DNA of 64,000 nt from Chthonomonadales bacterium (GTDB lineage Bacteria; Armatimonadota; Chthonomonadetes; Chthonomonadales; CAJBBX01): contig JBMFSQ010000009.1 of the NCBI GenBank assembly GCA_049967475.1, positions 67,038-131,037 of the forward strand. The letters are read 5' to 3'. Below the pieces are notes generated by a model, which saw only the letters and a list, made by a program, of their open reading frames with translations, was not told the origin of the DNA and made no database searches. This document shows, piece after piece, positions 58,882 to 64,000 of the stretch (position 1 is its first letter; every line of letters starts with the position of its first letter). The position numbers were made by a program, and so were the translations under genes.

Positions 58882-59934
58882 TCATCCCTCTCGCGGCGTA
58901 ATCTTCGTGATTTCCCACGCATTCCCGCGCCGAGTAACTTCTACATCCGCGGTGATCGTGCGCTTTTTGCTTTTCAGCGCGGCCTGTGCGCCTTCGGGCA
59001 AGGCGGTGAAGATTTTCGCCGCGGCGCTGCCCCTGGCCTCCGCCTTCTGGTTGCGTTCACCGAAAGCGGCGAAGGCGCGCTGCCCTGGATCCCACCGCAC
59101 CGGTACCCCCTTCCAGACTTCGCCGGCTGTCGGCCGGGGCGCACTTCCTTCAAACGTTGGAACGTCCTGGAAAAAGCCGTATCCTGCATTCGTCTTCGCG
59201 CCCGCGCCTAGGTTCTCCAAACTCCAGCGGAGTAACCGCTCCACGAAGTTCCGCCATTCCGGCGTTGGCGCCGTCACCGCGAAGAGGAACCCGGCCTTTG
59301 GGCGAACCACGAGGAATGGTATGGGATTAGGGTCGTCGAAGTCCGTAGGCCACCCGTCCTTGCCGCGCGTACTGTAATAATCGGGATGGTGCACCGTCAC
59401 GACATCCCGATGCAGGGGCATACCGCCCACGGTCTTGGGGTCATACCAAGCATCCCAGAACACAAATGTGGATGCCTGGGCAACCCCATTGTCTGCCGAC
59501 CCGAAGAGGGCCAGGAATTGTTCGCTGGAAATCTTGTTTGCGTTTCTCAACAACTGTGCGCCGCGCCGGCAAAGACCTTTGAGCGCCGAGCCGGGGATGA
59601 TGGGCATTCCGTACGTGTGATGGAGTGTAAGGCCCACCTCCAGCGGGCTTTCGTTTCCTAAGCCTATGGCTAGGGGACCCGCAAGGGCCAAGGGGAAGGG
59701 CTTGGTGCCCGGCACCTTCGTCACAGTTGCGACCCACCGGTCATAGGCACGTTTGTAGGCATCTCCAGCCTTGGAGTTTTGCAGCGCGTCCAACAGTTCC
59801 GCTGCCTTGGCGTGGTTGTCGCCCGTAGTTTCGAGGTATCGGCTGAAGGCCAGTCCAGGGTGATCCAAGGATCGGCTGTTAGTGAACGAAGGCAGGGCCT
59901 CTCGCCGGGACGAAATTGCATCATTGTTCGACAT
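58882..59934 (-). CDS. cmr6: Type III-B RAMP Cmr6
   Basis: IGLGNESPLEVG, YGMPIIPGSALKG, DVVTVHH, PNPIPFL, GAGAKTNAGYG. Confidence 0.94.
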   Translation of the reverse strand: MSNNDAISSRREALPSFTNSRSLDHPGLAFSRYLETTGDNHAKAAELLDALQNSKAGDAYKRAYDRWVATVTKVPGTKPFPLALAGPLAIGLGNESPLEVGLTLHHTYGMPIIPGSALKGLCRRGAQLLRNANKISSEQFLALFGSADNGVAQASTFVFWDAWYDPKTVGGMPLHRDVVTVHHPDYYSTRGKDGWPTDFDDPNPIPFLVVRPKAGFLFAVTAPTPEWRNFVERLLRWSLENLGAGAKTNAGYGFFQDVPTFEGSAPRPTAGEVWKGVPVRWDPGQRAFAAFGERNQKAEARGSAAAKIFTALPEGAQAALKSKKRTITADVEVTRRGNAWEITKITPREG

Positions 59935-60334
59935 CCTCGGCCTCCTTTGCGCTCTTCACCTCCAGGATCGATTCGGCAAACCGCTTGAAGTAGATCCACG
60001 CATCCAGCACGCGGCGCGTGTACAGCATGTACTGAATTGCTTTGGCCTTACGCACATGACCCAGCGGTGAACTTTGGTTCGCTCCGATGAGCTCCGCCAC
60101 GTGCTGCAAAAGAAGAGCGTGTGCCTCGGCACGGGAACCCTCGCCGCCTTTCGCCTTGGCTTCCGAGAAGGCCAGCGCCTGGCACAGGCCGCACGTGCGC
60201 ACCATCACGGGAAAGCTGTGGCACAATCCGCCGTAGATTTTGCGCACCTGGTGCCCTTTGTCCGGGTATTTTTCCGCCACTCCCGCCACCAATCGCTCGG
60301 CAAGGATGAGGTCGTTTTGTGCTCTTGTCTTCAT
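59921..60334 (-). CDS. cmr5: Type III-B small subunit Cmr5
   Basis: FPVMVRTCGLCQALAF, YFKRFAESIL; ATGA overlap with cmr4. Confidence 0.92.
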   Translation of the reverse strand: MKTRAQNDLILAERLVAGVAEKYPDKGHQVRKIYGGLCHSFPVMVRTCGLCQALAFSEAKAKGGEGSRAEAHALLLQHVAELIGANQSSPLGHVRKAKAIQYMLYTRRVLDAWIYFKRFAESILEVKSAKEAEDVEQ

Positions 60335-61173
60335 TGTGCCACCACCATTCTGCACAAGCCGCGACCCACGGAGGCATCGCCGCCAATCTGGATCAATCCG
60401 CCCTTAAGCTGCGCCAGAAGGTCCCCGCTTCCGTTGTCCTTTGCATGCCCCGCCAGAACCACAGGGCCGGCGAAGACCGTCTCGGCTGGAACCGCTTCCT
60501 CATACCAAAGACCGCCGCTTTCCACGGTTTTGGTGTCATCGTTCAAGCGCACACGGGCCACCACCTCCAGCGCTGCATCGCACAAAAAGCTGAAAACCTC
60601 GTCCGACACGATGGCGAAGCGGGCCTTGAACGTCTTTCCATCCTCTTCGTTGTCGAAGACTTGCCGAGCGAGTTCGCCGGCCACGGCATCGGCTCCATCG
60701 CGAGCCTCCAGGTCCAGATCTTCCAGGAACACTTGGTTCTTGCCGTCGGGATCGCGCAGTTGCGTACCCTGCGTCACGACGATCTTCGTCCCGTCCACAG
60801 CCGGGATCTCCTTCAGAGCAACCGGCGCACCTAAAGCATCGGCATCCCTTTTGAAGCGGTGCAGCGCCAGAGGACACGTCACGTACGCGAAAGTCCCGAA
60901 GAAGCTGCGCACCGGCAGGCAGAGGACGCGCAGATCGCCGAAGCACAACGCGCCTGCTTGGTTCTGCGTTCCAAAGGCCACGTCTACCTGGGATCCATTC
61001 CCGTTGCTCGTCCAGACATCGCGCAAAACACCCTTGAAGCTGCTGGCGGGAATGATGGGCCACCCGGTCGCCTTCTCGCGAGCTACGGGAAGGTCTATCA
61101 CGGATGCGGCCTGACCCGTGCCGGAATGAACCGGCGTAATTGCATGCAAGAAAACCATCTTTGCTGCCGCCAT
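60331..61173 (-). CDS. cmr4: Type III-B RAMP Cmr4
   Basis: HSGTG...IDLPVARE (catalytic Asp), PASSFKG, LWYEE, QIGGDASVGRG. Confidence 0.95.
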   Translation of the reverse strand: MAAAKMVFLHAITPVHSGTGQAASVIDLPVAREKATGWPIIPASSFKGVLRDVWTSNGNGSQVDVAFGTQNQAGALCFGDLRVLCLPVRSFFGTFAYVTCPLALHRFKRDADALGAPVALKEIPAVDGTKIVVTQGTQLRDPDGKNQVFLEDLDLEARDGADAVAGELARQVFDNEEDGKTFKARFAIVSDEVFSFLCDAALEVVARVRLNDDTKTVESGGLWYEEAVPAETVFAGPVVLAGHAKDNGSGDLLAQLKGGLIQIGGDASVGRGLCRMVVAQ

Positions 61174-61184
61174 TGCTATCCTCC

Positions 61185-62363
61185 TTAGTTGTCCCAAATG
61201 CCCCACAATGCGAGGCCGTATCCATCTCGACGGTCTTGACCGTCGTCACTCACGGGTGCAAGCCATCCGTCGCTGCCGAGTTGGCCGGCACCACCGTCTA
61301 CCACCTCGAAGAAATAGACGGAACCTGCCGGAACGAGCCAGCGGACGGCCTTAGGTCTCCCGTGCTCGTAATCCCAACCGCTAACCGCCTTGCGCCTCGG
61401 AACGGCCGCAGACACCAACTTCAATGTCAGGCTGCTGCCGGGCGGAGTACCGAAGAGTTCCTCATTCAGCCAGCCGGGTTTCCATCCCCCCTTGAACACG
61501 GCCGGTGTAGCAAGCATCATTCGGACCCTACGGGCCGCACCCAATGCGTCCTTTACTGAGGATGGGCAGGCAGGCCACAGGCCATGCGGTGCTTCCTCTA
61601 CAGCAGCCAGACGGCGCTCGCCTCCAAGGAGACCCGGCCCTGATAGATCCACGCCTTCCGGCGCAGCAACCTTTGCCAGCAAGCCCCACTCCTCCGCAAT
61701 CAACCCCTGCGGCTGCGCCGTGGCCCCCTCGCCCTCGCCGGGCCGCCGGTAATGCTCAAAGGCAAGGAACTGAACCGTGAAGAGCCCTGCCTCGGAGCTG
61801 GTTCCGCTTTCCGGCTGCATACGGACGTGGATCCGCTCCTCCACGGGCGGCCCTACCACCTTTGCCGGCGGCTGTGTGGCGGTTCCGCGCGCATCCAGAA
61901 GCCACTTCTCGAGTTCCGGCCAGCGCCAGAACCGGTAGCCGGGATCCGGCTTGGCCGTTTCGTCGCTGCCGGAGCGGCTCACCACATCCAGCGGCAACAG
62001 GTCAGCCGGGGTATTGCATCCCGCTCCTTGCGGCAGGTGCAAAGGGCGAAGCGGGAGCAAAACAGCATTAGAGCCCTGAGTTTTTGTAATAACGCAATCC
62101 GCAGGTGCTTCGAACATAGCCTGGCTATTCATTACGGGAACAGGGCCATGTACGGCTACTCCCTTCGCCAATGAAGCGCCGCCGTTCTTCCAATCCCAGC
62201 CGAGCGCCTCGCCGATGCGCGTGCGTAGAAAGCCTGCGATGGTGCCCGGCATGGGGAAAGGCAACGTGCGGGCAGACTGGGCGCCTTCCAGCAGCCCAAA
62301 GGGACGCCCGTCGCGGAAGAGAAGCGGGTCTATTCCGCGTATCTTCACAAGATGCTCAGGCAT
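61185..62363 (-). CDS. cmr3: Type III-B RAMP Cmr3
   Basis: DPLLFRDGRPF, LGGERR, LATPA, VSGWD, VPAGSVYFF, GYG. Confidence 0.94.
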   Translation of the reverse strand: MPEHLVKIRGIDPLLFRDGRPFGLLEGAQSARTLPFPMPGTIAGFLRTRIGEALGWDWKNGGASLAKGVAVHGPVPVMNSQAMFEAPADCVITKTQGSNAVLLPLRPLHLPQGAGCNTPADLLPLDVVSRSGSDETAKPDPGYRFWRWPELEKWLLDARGTATQPPAKVVGPPVEERIHVRMQPESGTSSEAGLFTVQFLAFEHYRRPGEGEGATAQPQGLIAEEWGLLAKVAAPEGVDLSGPGLLGGERRLAAVEEAPHGLWPACPSSVKDALGAARRVRMMLATPAVFKGGWKPGWLNEELFGTPPGSSLTLKLVSAAVPRRKAVSGWDYEHGRPKAVRWLVPAGSVYFFEVVDGGAGQLGSDGWLAPVSDDGQDRRDGYGLALWGIWDN

Positions 62364-63981
62364 GCTTCACCTCCGGATAGTTGGATAGGAACCGGGCGAT
62401 AATGAGCTTGCGGGCAAACGGTTCCCATGCATCAAGATGGCGGAAGTCGGGCAATTCAGGCGATTGGCTTCCGCCGGAATTGGTGCCTTCAGCCTGCTTC
62501 TTCCTCGAGAGTATGCGCTTGGCCTCCCCTCGGAACCTTGCCGCGCTAAGGCCCGTGCCGCGCCATTCCCGAGCAACGGCCAGGAGTTCATAGGGGAACC
62601 CATGCGCCAATCCGCTGCGGAAGGCCTTTGCCCACATCTTCCATTCCTTCACCGGCTCGGATGTCCAGGTGTCTGCGACGGTAAGGGGCGCGCCGCCGCG
62701 GGTGTGCAAAGCCACGGCGAGGGAATCGCGCTCCTGCTTCGCGACCCTCTCCGCTGCTCGCGCGCGCTCTAGGGACGTCTGCAAATCCTCCAGATGGTGC
62801 ACGATGGCGATGCCGGCGGAGAGCGTGGCTTCCGTTTGATCGTGGAATTCCCTTGCCAAGGCGGCAGCACAATCCAGCGCTGTGTTGAGAGGCAGAAGGG
62901 CGAGAATGTCGTCGCCGCCGGTGTACACGCAATGCCCGCCGTAGTTGCGCACCTCATTACGCGCATGTTCGGCAAACCGGACGAGCGTTGCAGAGAAGCT
63001 GCGGTGATCTTCCGGGTGCGCAAAGGAGCCGAGCTTATCGCCCATTTTGTCCCCATCAGCGGCCAGGATGGCGTAATAGGCAGGGCACGGCCTGTTCGCG
63101 TCGCCGAAAGCGAGTTTGCAAACCCGTTTGCGCAGGGACCTAGCCTTAGCCGCGAGGTCCTCGGCTTCCGCAGCCCTGTTGCTCGCGCGCAACTCATCAC
63201 AAAGGACCTCGGTGCGCTCTTCGTAGAGGAGGTCGCTGAAGTCGTTGGACCCCGCCGTGGCTCGCATCAGATCTGCCAGCTCATGGAGAACCCCGGCGTC
63301 CTTTTCTCTCACGATAGGCAGGATGCACTCTGCAGCCATCATGGACGTGGATGGCACGTCTTTGCGCTCTGCGCGCTTGAGCAAGGACACGGCATCCAGC
63401 GCTTCGCCCTCTTTGAGGCGCAAAGACCCCGCGGAACGAGCGATATTACCGAGGTCATTCCCCCGGATCGCGCAATCCCTAGAAGGATCCAGCGGGCTTT
63501 TTGGCCTTCCCTCCCTGCTCATCGGTTGAACGAAATCCCGCAGCGCTTTGCGCCCGGCCAGAAGCCGCTCCACCTGTTTTCTGTCTTGCGCGTAGTCCTG
63601 GGAGCGCGGGACCCAGGCGGCATAAAACTCTAGAAAGTGCTCGATCTGATCTTGGGCCAAAGGGTCGTCACAATCGCTGGCTGCGAACTCGTTCCTGGCC
63701 CGCTGCCAGCGGCCGCGCAGGAATTCGCGGGCGACCTCTTCAGCCTGAGACGCGATTTCGGCAGGTTCGCAGTCATGAAGTTCCACAAGGACCTTGTTGG
63801 CAATGGCCTTGGCATCAGGATCGGCTGGAAAGATGAGTGTGCCGTGAGGAGCCACCGCTCGAGCGACAGTCCTGGCTGTGTCTGCCAGCAATTCCGAGCC
63901 TGCTTGCAGGTCGCCCGTCTTACGGGCGGCAGCGATGAACTCCTGCACCGGTCCGATGGAGATGGAGAGAAGATGGTTCAT
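62356..63981 (-). CDS. cas10: Cas10/Cmr2 (no HD domain, intact palm)
   Basis: SIGPVQEFIAAARKTGDL N-terminus, YYAILAADGDKMG, VYTGGDD, TLSAGIAIVH. Confidence 0.95.
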   Translation of the reverse strand: MNHLLSISIGPVQEFIAAARKTGDLQAGSELLADTARTVARAVAPHGTLIFPADPDAKAIANKVLVELHDCEPAEIASQAEEVAREFLRGRWQRARNEFAASDCDDPLAQDQIEHFLEFYAAWVPRSQDYAQDRKQVERLLAGRKALRDFVQPMSREGRPKSPLDPSRDCAIRGNDLGNIARSAGSLRLKEGEALDAVSLLKRAERKDVPSTSMMAAECILPIVREKDAGVLHELADLMRATAGSNDFSDLLYEERTEVLCDELRASNRAAEAEDLAAKARSLRKRVCKLAFGDANRPCPAYYAILAADGDKMGDKLGSFAHPEDHRSFSATLVRFAEHARNEVRNYGGHCVYTGGDDILALLPLNTALDCAAALAREFHDQTEATLSAGIAIVHHLEDLQTSLERARAAERVAKQERDSLAVALHTRGGAPLTVADTWTSEPVKEWKMWAKAFRSGLAHGFPYELLAVAREWRGTGLSAARFRGEAKRILSRKKQAEGTNSGGSQSPELPDFRHLDAWEPFARKLIIARFLSNYPEVKHA

Positions 63982-64000
63982 GGCAGCACCTCCCGTTTGA

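Noticed and set aside
63978..64000. 3' end of an upstream gene (possibly cmr1) overlapping the cas10 start
   Set aside because: ATGA overlap is suggestive, but only about 7 codons are visible, so it cannot be identified.

Overview
GC-rich bacterial chromosomal segment. The DUF1559 prepilin-like genes, kdsA and overall gene content fit Armatimonadota or a similar diderm lineage (inference). From left to right it contains: the 5' part of a multiheme cytochrome c gene not shown in the ORF track; a corrinoid methyl-transfer operon (ferredoxin, corrinoid protein, MtaB-like methyltransferase, homocysteine S-methyltransferase, two UroD/MtaA-family proteins); sugar catabolism genes; a group 3b [NiFe] hydrogenase operon with an inserted cNMP-binding protein; tRNA-Pro(GGG); housekeeping genes (coaX, dusB, metY, metX, galK, kdsA, metG, scpAB); three DUF1559/H-X9-DG prepilin-like genes; and most of a type III-B CRISPR-Cas operon (cas10, cmr3-6, csx1, CARF-RelE Cami1-like, cas1, cas2) with no array in the window. 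The most notable leads are: (1) a cobalamin riboswitch controlling a pilin-like DUF1559 gene; (2) two more DUF1559 + small membrane protein modules with nearly identical promoter/operator DNA; (3) a possible methanol-to-methionine split methionine synthase; (4) a degenerate KMSKS motif in MetRS; and (5) a BshC-like orphan protein. All family assignments come from motif recognition by eye, not database searches. Several start codons were re-called from RBS and overlap evidence.
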